From: Marsupella aquatica
Taxonomy: Eukaryota > Plantae > Marchantiophyta
NCBI GenBank assembly: GCA_973895155.1
Contig: OZ316894.1
Location: forward strand, 24,984,709-25,048,708
Length of the DNA stretch: 64,000 nucleotides
Reading direction: 5' to 3'
This document shows positions 50,801 through 62,387 of this stretch, in pieces. The notes beneath the pieces are model-generated. The model was not told the origin of the DNA and ran no database searches. It saw nothing but the letters and a program-made list of their open reading frames with translations. Numbering within the stretch: position 1 is the first letter of the stretch; each line of letters opens with the position of its first letter. The translations under genes and the position numbers were made by a program.

Positions 50801-51381
50801 CTAAAACCAAGAAAAATGTCCATAAAAAACCTATCACAAAGTCAAAAAAAGCTTCTAGAAAGACCAGTAGACCTCATCGCCATCACAAGACAAAAGATCA
50901 CAAACATCATTCATCACCATCATCATCTCGCTTTAGTGATGAACCCTCCCAACTTACTATAATCCCATTCTACTCTCCTAGTCAAGCATCACCTTGGTTA
51001 TTGACCCAACCCCAATTTCAACCTCAACCTCCTTACACCAACTTCCAGCCAGTGATTCTCCCAAATCAGTTCCCTGCAACTCCAAATCAAAATATCCTTT
51101 ATCAATTGCCTCCAAATCCCGGCCAAACCTGGCAACGTCAACCAGGACCCCCCCTTTCAAATTTTAGCCAGAATTTCCAGCAAAATCAACCAAGACTTCA
51201 ACTCCCAAATATGAACCAAAACCTTCAACAGCCTCCCCAAATATTGACCAATCCTGGCCAAACTTGGCAACAATCTCAACCAAGACCTCAGCCCCAACCT
51301 TCTAACCCAACCTTCCAACTGGGCTTCCAACGGTATCAACAAACTCCACAGCCAACTGCTTTCCAACCCTTTCAAAGATGA
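38879..51381 (+). CDS. HAP2: Divergent HAP2/GCS1-like class II gamete fusogen, 18 exons; long-tail isoform about 1270 aa
   Basis: Exons 38879-39079, 39735-39875, 40699-40751, 40890-40924, 41087-41142, 41637-41736, 42587-42650, 43043-43154, 44258-44398, 44777-44857, 46184-46290, 46639-46750, 47018-47053, 47185-47281, 47737-47825, 48154-48671, 48932-49035 and 49616-51381 are all GT-AG and phase-consistent (3813 nt). HAP2 motifs appear in order: signal peptide; KTC..LNCSKKVVLEL; RDLGRPYRVTIYKSDVYAQYPLRY; GFCNVC; RRPGLQC; SVHCQRY; YPGYLI; PLYIIS; TRSPGKIV; VTNTG..A.F..V.KCS; VCQVKLFDSFGEKVD; C..C....FTC....C; then a TM helix and basic tail. Exons 3-5, 10 and 16 are the least certain. Confidence 0.85.
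40569..40620. repeat. 16-17-bp minisatellite, 3 copies of gtgtgacccctagtac, in a HAP2 intron
   Basis: Seen directly in the sequence. Confidence 0.9.
41959..42060. repeat. Pure A/T 15-bp minisatellite (aaattttattttatt)n in a HAP2 intron
   Basis: About 6-7 copies seen directly. Confidence 0.9.
45461..45534 (+). other. tRNA-derived relic (SINE head or pseudo-tRNA) in a HAP2 intron
   Basis: T-arm-like stem-loop ctaggttcaattcctag containing a B box, with an upstream A-box-like tacttcagtcgtag. No intact cloverleaf. Confidence 0.45.
49203..49408 (+). CDS. Alternative duplicated terminal exon 18a of the HAP2-like gene; short K/G-rich tail, isoform about 750 aa
   Basis: tgcag acceptor in phase 1, matching exon 17. 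Its first ~55 nt are paralogous to exon 18b (ICMFGIISSESKKVKSGKG vs ISIVGCISCGSKKVASGKG). Confidence 0.7.
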
Positions 51382-54300
51382 TAACCAACACCCCAGTCAT
51401 TTGCCTAACAAAAACTTGCAAAATAAGGCTTTTCACCATTCCTAGCCCAACACTTCCCTACAGCTTGTCTCCATTTTCAATATAAAACTTTTAAAACTCT
51501 TCTAAACCCAACACTGACAACAAGACAAATCACATTGTAAACCATAAATTTTAGTAGCCTCCTTTGTATGAAACCCAGCCTACAGCTTTTGAATTCTTGC
51601 ATTCTTAGCCAAAATGTACCTTGTTAATTCTTGTCCTCCATAACCACGTACCTTCCACCTTGGGCACTCTTAAGTGAGTTCTGGATCAAATAAACCTTTC
51701 TAGTTGTAAATTACAGCCTGTATTGCCCTGAAGAACATTCTAAAGCGAAGGACTTATCTTCATGGCCATACAGGTCAATTAAAAACCCTTACCTTTAGAA
51801 AACCCATTATTTACACGTGAAACTTTTATGCAAAGTGAGTAGAAACTTTCTCTTCATATTGTATGTCATATGCCGGAACTTTTAGAGTTGTCTGGCTCCT
51901 TAAGTCTTTTAGAGTGCGGAAGCCTCTGAAGCCTGGCCCCCCCTGAAAGTCTTTTAGAGTTGACTGGCTCCTTAAGTCAGTTTTTAGGTACAGGGGGCCG
52001 TTAAGTCTTTTTCTGGCAGATTTGTTAACTTGGGGGAGGGGGGAACTTCAGAGGATAGACTATAGCCTGGGGAGTGGCACTGTCTCCAGTGAGTGGCTAG
52101 TGCATTCAGTGTACCCAAATAGCGTTTGAGCTAAGCATGTGGAGAACAGGAGATGCCCTCCTAAAAAGTATTGTGAAGCATTGTTAAATATACTACAAGC
52201 CAGATGCACTACAAGCTAGTTTTGACAAACAACGGAGATGGACCACCCCAATCCACAATGGACAGTTTTCAAACATACTTTGAACTCCAAAATGTCCCCA
52301 AAGGATATTGTTTGAACATATTACTAAAACCATATCATGAAAAGATATGAACTCTAGATAATATATAACCTATTGTGCCCACATAATTTTGGTCACAGGC
52401 AGGGTTTACTATTGTGGTCCATCGGAGCAGTTTTTCCAAAGTTATAGTTAAGGTTATACTGAAAACAATTTAAGTCCAACCGTCTCCGTGATTTTTCTTT
52501 ATACCTTGCAGTTTCAAACACTGATAGTCTGAACCCTCAAGATCTCAGCTCATTCTGAGATCTATTCTATTTTTAACGAAAAATAATCTCTTCGGACTTA
52601 GGGACTAAAATATATTATCTGTTAACAGGTCCATTATTATGGACCATAATATCTTCTCAAATTCGAGCCCAAACTCTCGTTTCACGGGTCATTATAGTAC
52701 GAGCATTATTCTCGTTGGGTTTCATTGCGCAGCTGTGAGCCGCCCGTACTGTCGGCAACGTACTGACTCCCGGGTACTGACTGGTACTGGAAGGTATTAT
52801 TCCGTAGTACGTTTCGGTACTCCTTTCCGTATTACAGTAGTCCCTTACTCCCTTACAGCTCCCTGCCAGAATCAAATGCAGTTACCAGTAAATCTTTCGT
52901 GACATAACTGTGAGGGGACAACAATTAGTAGACGTTGCACGCAAGTAAATAAATGAATGAATGAAATGTTAGAATGTCTGAGAAGACTTGGGTAACACCT
53001 CTAATTATTTTTACTGAAATGTGACTTGTCAACACTAACTTCATAAGATATAATGTTGGGAGGTGAGTCCAACAAAGGGTTAGAAGTTTTAGTATGTTAC
53101 AGGGCATATTTGATAAAACATAATGTTTGGATTTGAGGGTTACACCATATAGCATGTTAGTTCTAAGACACAGCTATTTTAACTTATTGACAATAATGTC
53201 AATTATATCCTATCAATTATCAAATAGCAATTATAGCATAGTATTCAAATGCATTAAAACAGTGAATCAAATAAATAAATAGAATAAAAATGCACACCTT
53301 TACCACACTTTTTAGGTGAAAAACAAGTACATAACTTGTAAGATGTACCCTAGAGGTATAGTATTTTGTGTTTGACAGAGAAGTATGTTAGCATTATACT
53401 CTAGCTTTGTACTCTACTTTTAGGCCCTATTGAAAGATTCATTATTTAGGTGACACCTATTAACCTCTAAACCATAAGGGTTGGAAAGTTTTCACCAATG
53501 GACATATAACCTACAGGGCATCTCTGGTGTTTGTACTGGGTGCATCCTGGTGAGTCTGATCATCTTGTGCAATAGAGAATGAATGGCAGAAAGAAAATCT
53601 CATCAAATACATGATAAGTTATCACAATAAAACATATCATATCAAATGAAAATCATAAACTTGATAATTAATAATAATTAAAGGGGTTAGATAATTTGTT
53701 AAATTCAAACCAATACAAGTGAAATGATACACTAGGCCAGATTTAAAAGAAAATTCAGAACTCATATTTCTAATAAGACAAATAAGGTAGAAGGTGTTCA
53801 CCATATAGCAATGTCGGAAAATGGATTTGAGGGTTACACCATAACATATGTGTGAAACACAAACATCAAAATTAGTAGACAAGAGTCCTTTCTATTACCT
53901 GGATTTCCCTGGTCTAGTATGAAACACCTCTAATAAATTTTTACTGAAATGTGACTTAACTTCATAAACATCAAAATTAGTAGACAAGTGTCCTTTGTAT
54001 CACCTTTCAAAGGGGTAAAAAAAGTCTGACATTGCTATATGGCGGAACCTAGTTACATTTTTTTCTCATGATTTAATGTAGCATAACTTAGAACCCTAAC
54101 GTGCTCTTACAATAAGACATTTATAAAAATAACTGTCCCACTAGATGATTCTCAAACCCCTTTTGCCAATAAAGAAATCTTTACTTTGATTCAATTTTTT
54201 AACCCCTTTAAAGTGAGGGTTACATTTGACCCAAATCCCCAACAATGCTGGAAAATGTTTTCTGAGACAATTGTTTCATACAAAACAGATCAGTGCAATG

Positions 54301-56367
54301 GTGGAAAGTTTTTGCAAGACACTCGTATTGCAATCATTTTTTTCGTGAAGCCTTTCAGCTGCAGATGGCTTTTTTCTTAAATGTTTCAATGCCCTTAAAG
54401 ACACCCAAGTAGTTAAAACTCTGTCAGGAAATTGAACACTGGACAGCCTTCCAAGCAGAGTAACCCCCTCTAAAACCACCACTGTCTAGAAACGTAGATT
54501 GAAAGAAAGATGCCATGATATAAATCATTGGCCACTACACTAACCTAGGCCGAGCTCTGCACAGGCTCTCTAAATTGGGGACAACACACAGCCAAGAGTG
54601 AAATAACTTGCACAATACACTGAGGTTCCTCTGTACAGCCGAGGGATAAAAAAGTAAGCACAATACACTGAGGCTGAGACAACCACGATTGTCACCATCA
54701 AGTATAGGTTCCAATCCAGATTCAAAGCTTCAACCTGCAGATTCATAGCTCAATGTATAGCTTGAGTTCATTCACTTCAATTTCTTCAAAACTTTAGCCT
54801 CCACACAGGACAGATGTGACCACAGAACAGCACTCAAGTCACTCACTCATCTATATTATTGGCAAGACCAGTGAGGATACCAACTCGCAAGAGGGGGAGC
54901 AGTTCACAACTCCTATTGCCTCCTTGGTTTCAAGGGGTAATAGAACTTTAAACCCAACAGATTCACAGCTCAATCCACCAAACTGACAGCAGCATCCGCA
55001 CAGCTACTGCAAAACCTTGCAGAAAAGCAGAAACTTGGATACAATTTTGGAAGCCAGTAAGCACACAACATCAAGTAGCAGCACCAAGCACAGATCAGCA
55101 CCAAGCACGAGCCTGAGCACCCGATGCCAAATTGTTCAAAAGAACCTGAGGCCAAAGAGGACCAAGCAACACCAGCAGCACCAAGGTCCAAATAGAGCCC
55201 TGAGCACCCTGCAAAAGAGCACGTGCGGAGGATGGGCACAACCTCAAATCCACAAACTGCGTCAGTGGCTCAACAACTTTGAACCCTATGAAGCTCCCAT
55301 GAATCCAATTGTTGGATCAATCTCCCCAATGTGCACAGCTAAAGCCAAAAAAAGCCACAATGCCACAAGATCACTGCTCAGCTGAAGCCGAGCACACAGC
55401 CAAAATAACAAAGTACAAGAGCCTTCAAAAACCAGGTCTAAAAAATGAGCACAAGCAAGTGCAAACCAAAATCAAAAGGAGCCGCATAGGACACCAATTG
55501 TGAGATAAGGATGTTTATAAAGGAAGGGTTAACTAACCATAAATTTTAGAATTTTTACGTTTAAGATCTCAAATGAGGCTGAAGAGGGACCTGAAGACTA
55601 CTTTGAAATGTTATGAGACTTTCAAGCCCATCTGAGGTCAACCCGGATTGATATTAGAGAAGGAGGATCAACCCGGAACTTTTTACTATAAGCCTTGAAT
55701 GAGATATAAAGCTTATACCGAGACTCTACTAAACAACAGCTGTCCATTGCCAAAGTTTTTAAAACCATAAGTCAAACACAGGCACGACCACAGCAGAATC
55801 CGGATATAAGGAAGGAGAGTCGATCCGGCCTCTCACACCTCTCAAAGCCGAACTTAGTAGGTTTTGAGCTCCCGAGCGCATTAGGCTGTTTAAGCAATAG
55901 AGTGAGGAGGCTCTACCCTTTTGGTAGAGGATCTTGGGTCCGGATTATAGGACCAATCTTGCATTGCATGATGAGAGCCTGGATATGAGGGTAGTGACTG
56001 ATTTGTTGTGAGGGGAATGCCTACTCCACCGCTGGAAGTGAAGGCAGGAAGTTTGAGATCCTGGTCGTGGATACATCGGTTGTGAGAAGGGAGGCCAGGT
56101 CAACCCGGACATCACCATTGCAGGCCCGATTGAGTCCAGATTTTCCCCACGTTAGATGACCCTGCATTGTGGTTGACGAAATCTTGATGCAATTCTTCCG
56201 AAACGATTTTTAGTTGATTAGAAACGCTGCGGCCAGGTCGACCCGGACATTTCTACCATTGGTCGACACCGAAGCGATTGAATATTCTGAAGTTGCAGAA
56301 TTGTAGAGCTTGCCGTAGAGGAGGTAGAACATTTATTGGAAATCAATTTGTTACTTCCAGAAATCCT

Positions 56368-58108
56368 ATGGAGCAAGGGGCGGATCCAGCCGGAATGTCC
56401 ACTTCTCGCGTCTCTAAGGAGCATTCAACCTCAACATCACCTGCACCTACTCCGGTTAAAGCCCCTGTGAGACGATCGAAGAGAAAGGAGGTCCCCATTG
56501 CCATGAAAATTTTGAGGCCAGCTATTCCGGACAGTGAAGCTGAGAAGGTCAAACTGAGGGAGTCTTTGCTCAGGATGGGTTGTGAGTCTCTGATGGAGCT
56601 ACCCTGGAGTTATCAGAGCGAAGATATGATCAGAGAGATCCAATCCAAGGAGTATCCGGCTGAGTTTAAGGATACCTCCAGAGGCCGACCTGAGCGATGG
56701 ACTCAGATGATGATTGCAGGAGCTTTGTATTGGAAGATGAAGGAGAAGGTCCAGTGGGGAGAGCTGTCAACCTAATCCTTCCTTACTTCAAAGGAGCCAT
56801 CAATAGTAAGGACGGGTTCAATGTTTCTAAGTGTTTGGATCCTGATTTGAGACGAGTCTTCAGCTTTTTGCTACCCCTGCTGTACCCTGAGAAGCCAAGA
56901 AGAGTTACTGTTGGAGTTGGCTCTACCATTGTTGCTGCTTACAAGGGAGAAATAAAAGTCAACTGGGCTAAGCTTATCTTTGACTTAATAAGGAAGTTGG
57001 TACAGAACCTGTCCAACAAGAGTCCTACTCCCCTCTCCTGCTACCTGGCACATCTATATAGTTTTGAAGGAGTCTTATTCAGAGAGGAGAAGAAATTACT
57101 ATTGGCCAAGTTCAACTTCATAAAGTATGGAGAGACAGATCCAGATATCACCCAGGCCACCTCTGATGACAGTGAAGATGAGGAACCAGCAGAGACAAAT
57201 CCTTGAAAGACCCGGTCTGTTGCCCAGAACCTTGACCCGGACTTTGCCGACCCAGCCTTCGTCGACCCGGCTGAATTTCCGGATGCACCCGGCCATGCCT
57301 ACCTAGACACCCTAGCTGATTTCCAGATCATCTTAGACACATTCCAGAAGGTGAAGAGGAAGACCACTGTGATGGAGAAGGCCATCACTGACATTTCTCA
57401 AAAGTTAGGAGTGAAACCAGGGCAGATTCTTGAAAGATCTCCACCATGAGTGATGCCACAGATAAGAGGAAGTTGGAGAAGGAGAATGAGTTCCTCAAGA
57501 AGAAGGTATCTGAACTCAAACAACACTTGGAAAGGAGTAAGAAGAAGAATGAGCTTGAGCATACTCTTCAACTCAGTATCACTCAATCTTTGGATCTGAT
57601 TGAGCCTTTGACTGAGATAGCTTCTCTGGATCTTCTTAAGGCCCAAATTTATGATGAGTATTTGGCCAAGAACACCACACCCATCCTTTTCTCCAAGATT
57701 AACCATTTAGTGGTAGATGTGAGTACCAAGGTGGATGATGCACTTACGGGTCTCTCAAAGACCTGTGAAGCCTTAAGGGAGATGAGTGACTTGACTACAG
57801 AGGAGATATTAGCTGATACTGAGATTCCTGCCTTTACTACCAGATCTTTCTCTCCTAGTCCTCATGAAGGAGTCTATTCCACTGGCCCCTCATCACCCCT
57901 CAACCCTCCTGGTTTCCCCACTCCCAGTACACACTTCCACTCCCATTCTTACACTTATTCTCATGACCCAAGTGCCCATCAGGAGAACATGGATATTGAC
58001 CCGTCCATCCCTTTTACCACTGGCCAGCAGGGAGTTTTCCTTCGACCAGAACCCCTTGCCATGGCTAACCCTGAGGAGGTTCCTTCCCAAAAGCTAGGAC
58101 CAGAATAG
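56368..58108 (+). pseudogene. Decayed retrotransposon-associated accessory ORF of a bryophyte-type family
   Basis: One protein split by a frameshift near 56720, an in-frame TGA at 57204 and a frameshift near 57440. It carries ELPWSYQSEDMIREI..RGRPERWT, KDGFNVSKCLDPDLRRVFSFLLPLLYPEKPRRVT and VNWAKL, then a coiled coil. I recognise this pattern from repeated liverwort TE-associated ORFs. No RT or integrase is visible. Confidence 0.6.
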
Positions 58109-59569
58109 AGTTATATTTAGAGAGTTAGAGCCACATTAGTTTAGACTTAGAAATAGCTATATAGATTAGTATATGAGTAAGTAGACTCCAGTATTTTGTT
58201 GATGTATCCATTGGAGACTCTACTCCATTTTTGACTAGGATAGTTCACTTTTATTTACATATTTCTTTAGACTTGGGTTTTGAAGAGGCATGTCTTTTCA
58301 TAATCTCCACTTTTAGTACAAAAGGAGGAGAACCCAAAGTCAACCGGGAGAGAAAATATACATTTTGATTTCCTCATTGTCTTTAAAAGGAATCTATGTC
58401 TTTTCTTCCCTTCCTTTTTACCATGGTTGAGTAAAAGGAAGAAGTTTTAGCAACCCTTGAGTTGTTGTGAAGTGTTCAATGAATGCTAGAGTGTGCCTTA
58501 ATGATATTGAAAGATCAATGAGATTTGTGATCAATACATTTGGAAGATTCACCAAAGAGGAAATTGACATTTGCACAAAACTCAAACAAGCAATCTTAAG
58601 GATTGTAGGAGAAGGAAGCCAATTCGAGTATCCGAGTACCGTCCTTAACAAGACCAGAAAAGTGTCCCGGTTTGATTTACATTCATGTCTTCTAAATTCA
58701 ATAGATGGAGAAGAGTTGCTACGAGAAATCAAAAAGCATAGAAAATGTTGATTTCTGAATCTTAAATTAGGCCATAATCCTTATTGAAGGAGTGGTGATG
58801 GTCAGAAATTCAATTCCCTTGCACTTTGAAAACTCCTATCTACTCTCCCTCTAGTTTAAATCTTTGTTAATTCTAGTCTTTATTATTGCACTGTGAATCC
58901 TAAGAATTACCCACTTGAGTTTGTGGTTAAACACTTATGTTAAGGAGATCATTAGAAATCTCTTCAACCTAAGAATGTTGGTGTAAACTTCTCAAATCAT
59001 GTTAATTAGGTCTTTTCGATCTTATCCACTCCTAACCGGAATGAAATTGAGTTGTTAAGGAGTAAATAGTCATTTATCTCTTTATCACCTTGCTACACCA
59101 ATCCACAGGGAACCAATGTTAAACAAATGGATGCCATGAGCAGAAATGAGCAGAAACCAAGCACCAGCAAGGGGAGGCTGAGCACCACTAGCATCGAGCA
59201 ACGGCCCAGTAGCGCCCACCTCCTAAAAATCTGAGTAGCAGTGAGAGGCCAAAGACAGCCGCAAAAAGATGAGCAAAGCTAGCAAAATGAGCACAACAGA
59301 TCCAGATCACGAAGCACACTTCAAGCCCGACTTCAAGCAGAGTCAAGAGAACCCAAAACAAAAGAACAACACCAAACACCAAACACAAGCCAACAACAAA
59401 GCCAAATAGAGTAAGAGAAAGTGAAGAGTGAGTACTGGGAAAAATGGGAGTAACAAAAATGAGAGTTAGACTCACTCTACCACTAGACATCCCACCTTCC
59501 AAACATCTTGCCCTATGTCGTAAGGCCTTGCTTGTCCTGGCAGCCAACAACTTCCTTGGATACCCTGCC

Positions 59570-60170
59570 TTGGGTACCATCTGATACCCCAAGAGTGCTT
59601 TCCCTCAAATATCAGGAATTGTAATACCTTTTATTCCTCATTTGCAGATGTATTTAGAGGGCTTCACAGGAGTTCTCTACGTCCATGCGTCCTACTTCTT
59701 GCACATGTGGGAAGCTTTGTGATGCGACAGGCGTCCATTGCTTTGGTGCAGTTTAGGTAACAAGCCATTATTGTTCACACGCTCTGTGAGATGCAATTGC
59801 TCAGGTTCTCTCTGGCTCTTTGGTCTGTGTGCGGCACAAGGTGGTGCTCGAATGACTTGGTCCTCCATCACAACGGTTACGGGTTGATCTTACATGGTCC
59901 ATGATGGTCAGAGTACTTTGGCAAATGTAGTGGTTGCAAACCCATTGCACCAAGACCACATCGGGACAGTGGCAACAACAATTGGGGCAGCAGCATCACG
60001 GGCAACAACAACAAAGGAGGCCAAATATGTTGCACCCCCGCTTTCTCTCTTTGGACCACATACTTTCGCCAACGCATTTCAGACACCTTAGAGCACGCTC
60101 AAGCTTGGGCCATCTATCCTCAATCACGCACAGTGGGTGTTAGTGTGCCTCCACAACAGGTAGCCCCCCT
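59570..60170 (+). mobile_element. 3' remnant of a CRE-like non-LTR retrotransposon (zinc knuckle plus restriction-like endonuclease)
   Basis: Frameshifted translation gives SCTCGKLCDATGVH..WC.LG (zinc knuckle), RVDLTMVHDGQSTLANVVVANP (RxD...D/NV) and GAAASRATTTKEAKY (K..KY), followed by a T-rich 3' tail. Confidence 0.65.
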
Positions 60171-61352
60171 AAAGGCCATTCCAATCTCATTTGCCAATTT
60201 AGTTTTGACACTGGATTTTGACCAATAGCTTTTGCCACGTTGCTAGGTTTGATGAGGACCTCAGTCCATTTGCTTTAGTTTTGGTTCATCCTAGGGGTTT
60301 CCTATTGCTCATTTCTTTTGTGTTTGGTTTTTGTCCACTCTGGACCTCTTTTGTTTGTTCTTTTGTACTCTGTTTGGTCCCAAAAAGTTTGTTGTGGTTT
60401 TGTTCCCATTTACTGGAATTTAAAGAAATATATTTTAAACCCCATATAGTTAGCTTTTTCTTTTAGACCCCATTTAACAATGATATAATATGTGCAATTT
60501 CATTACATTACAAACTAGCAATGGATGTTCCAGAATGGGCCAGCTATACTATATGGCCAATCCACCTTTCAGTATTTTGCCTTACTAATATTTTCTGCTG
60601 TGTATTTTTGTTTTGGTGTGACATAACACCCGGGCCATAACATGGTCCATCACTTGTATGATTCAGATTCTAAATTATTTTAGGCACACCTCTCTTAATG
60701 TTTTTAATCTAGCTACCCCAAAGCTCTCCTTTCCCACTGCATTTAGATTTCAAAATACAGTGCATCTAAGCCCTTTAGCAAATTTTATGGAATTTCTGCC
60801 AATGGAGCAAGATTGTATCTCTGGCTGTGAACAAGAGAAAAATGATAATAGTACCTTTCTTGAAACTTCCCAAACCATCCTCAATCCATACTAATGTGTA
60901 CACTTTAGAATGTTCCTTGTTTGTTGAATTTGTGTATTCCTTTTCTACTTGACAGGCTCAAACAAACTTACTACAAAAGTACAAATATTGGGGCCTAGTG
61001 GTCAGCTTGGGTGTGGAGGAGTGACTTGTGACCAGGAAGTTTCAAGTTTAATCATAGTCCATACACTCATGTTCTTGTACCTACTTAGTATCAATTCCAT
61101 GCAAAGCCTTTTTGAGTGGGTCAAATATGTTACTCACTTGTGTTAATTGTAAGAATTACATATAAAATGCAAAATATAAACCCCACGGGTTTTCCTTGTG
61201 TGCAAACTAGTTGGACACCTTGTTCAAAGGCAGTTTCCCCATAAAGAAACTTTAATGCAAAGCAAAAAAGCAACAAAGGGCGTCCTGTTGGTGCCTTCCT
61301 TTCTCCATTGACATCAACAAATTTCACTGTGATGTTATGATATATCCTAAAA

Positions 61353-61958
61353 CAGCTTTTTACTAAGCTGCCCCCCTAACTGTCCTAATTTGGTATCCTG
61401 TCCCCGAAACAATTTTATTTACCACTATGCTCCCCATTCCATATCTGGGTTAGTATAAGCGTACACTGACTTAACAGTGCCACATGGCAAGGCGTGAGTG
61501 GGCTGCATTTCCGTGAGTAAAACAAGGGCAAAGGTTGGCCCGTTTTGGCTCCTCGCGGGTCTCACTTTTCATGAGGGGAAATTCGGGCCTCAGTACTTGG
61601 TGAGGGGAAAGTCGGGGGCTGCTCCTCCCAAACCTGAGTACTTGGTGAGGTCGAAGTCAGGAGGCTTTGGCTATTCCCGGGCCTCGACACTTTTGTGGGT
61701 GGGGGGGGGGGGGTGCCGGGATATTTTGGCTCTTCCCGGGCCTGCGACAACAGGCTGCCATGGGAAAGGAGGGGGACAAGGGGCAAGTCAAGGCAATTTC
61801 ACCCGCAGCCATTCATGCCTGGCTACGTGGCACTGTTAAGCCAGTGTACGCTGTATACTAACCTAGATACGGAATGGGGGGCATAATGGTAAATAAAATT
61901 GTTTTGGGGGCAGGCTACTAAATTTGGACAGTTAGGGGGGCAGCTTAGTAAAAATCTG
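61353..61958. mobile_element. Non-autonomous DNA transposon / MITE with ~155-bp TIRs, Mutator-like
   Basis: Left arm cagctttttactaagctgccccctaactgtcc...ttaacagtgccac mirrors right arm gtggcactgttaa...ggacagttagggggcagcttagtaaaaatctg. It is flanked by the 10-bp direct repeat tatcctaaaa (61343-61352 and 61959-61968). Confidence 0.88.
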
Positions 61959-62387
61959 TATCCTAAAAGTGTCCTTGTTGATATGTGCCTCCAGCACATT
62001 TGATCAACACTTGGCTTGGAGTTGGGATATTGGATATTTAGAAAACACTAGCCTATCTGTCACTGTTGCCTTCCGCACCTGTTTCCTTCCCCACCTATTT
62101 CCTCACCCCAAAACTTGCAGTCACCCAAGGTTATGGTCTAGAGACTTCACTCTAGACCATAGGATCCAACGTGTAGATTTTGATTGGGAATTATTAGTTA
62201 GATTGAGGTCAGGTTCAGAAGCCCAACAAACTTGATTTCGTGAGAGGCTAGATCAACAACAACTCAACTCACAAGTACAAGGCAGCTGGGTTTGTATTCT
62301 AGAATTAAGGCACACCATAAACTAAAATTTCCCTCTCTATGCTTTTGTTTTGGTTTTTTAAAGAAGTATCTTGCTTTGTGAGATTTA

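Noticed and set aside
49606-51381. 591-aa ORF as a stand-alone gene
   Set aside because: It starts at GTG with no early ATG, has a tgcag acceptor ending at 49615, and completes the TM helix begun in the upstream HAP2 exon.
60802-61038. Two phase-compatible mini-exons (MEQDCISG... / SNKLTTKVQILG...)
   Set aside because: No downstream exon continues the frame and no homology was recognised.
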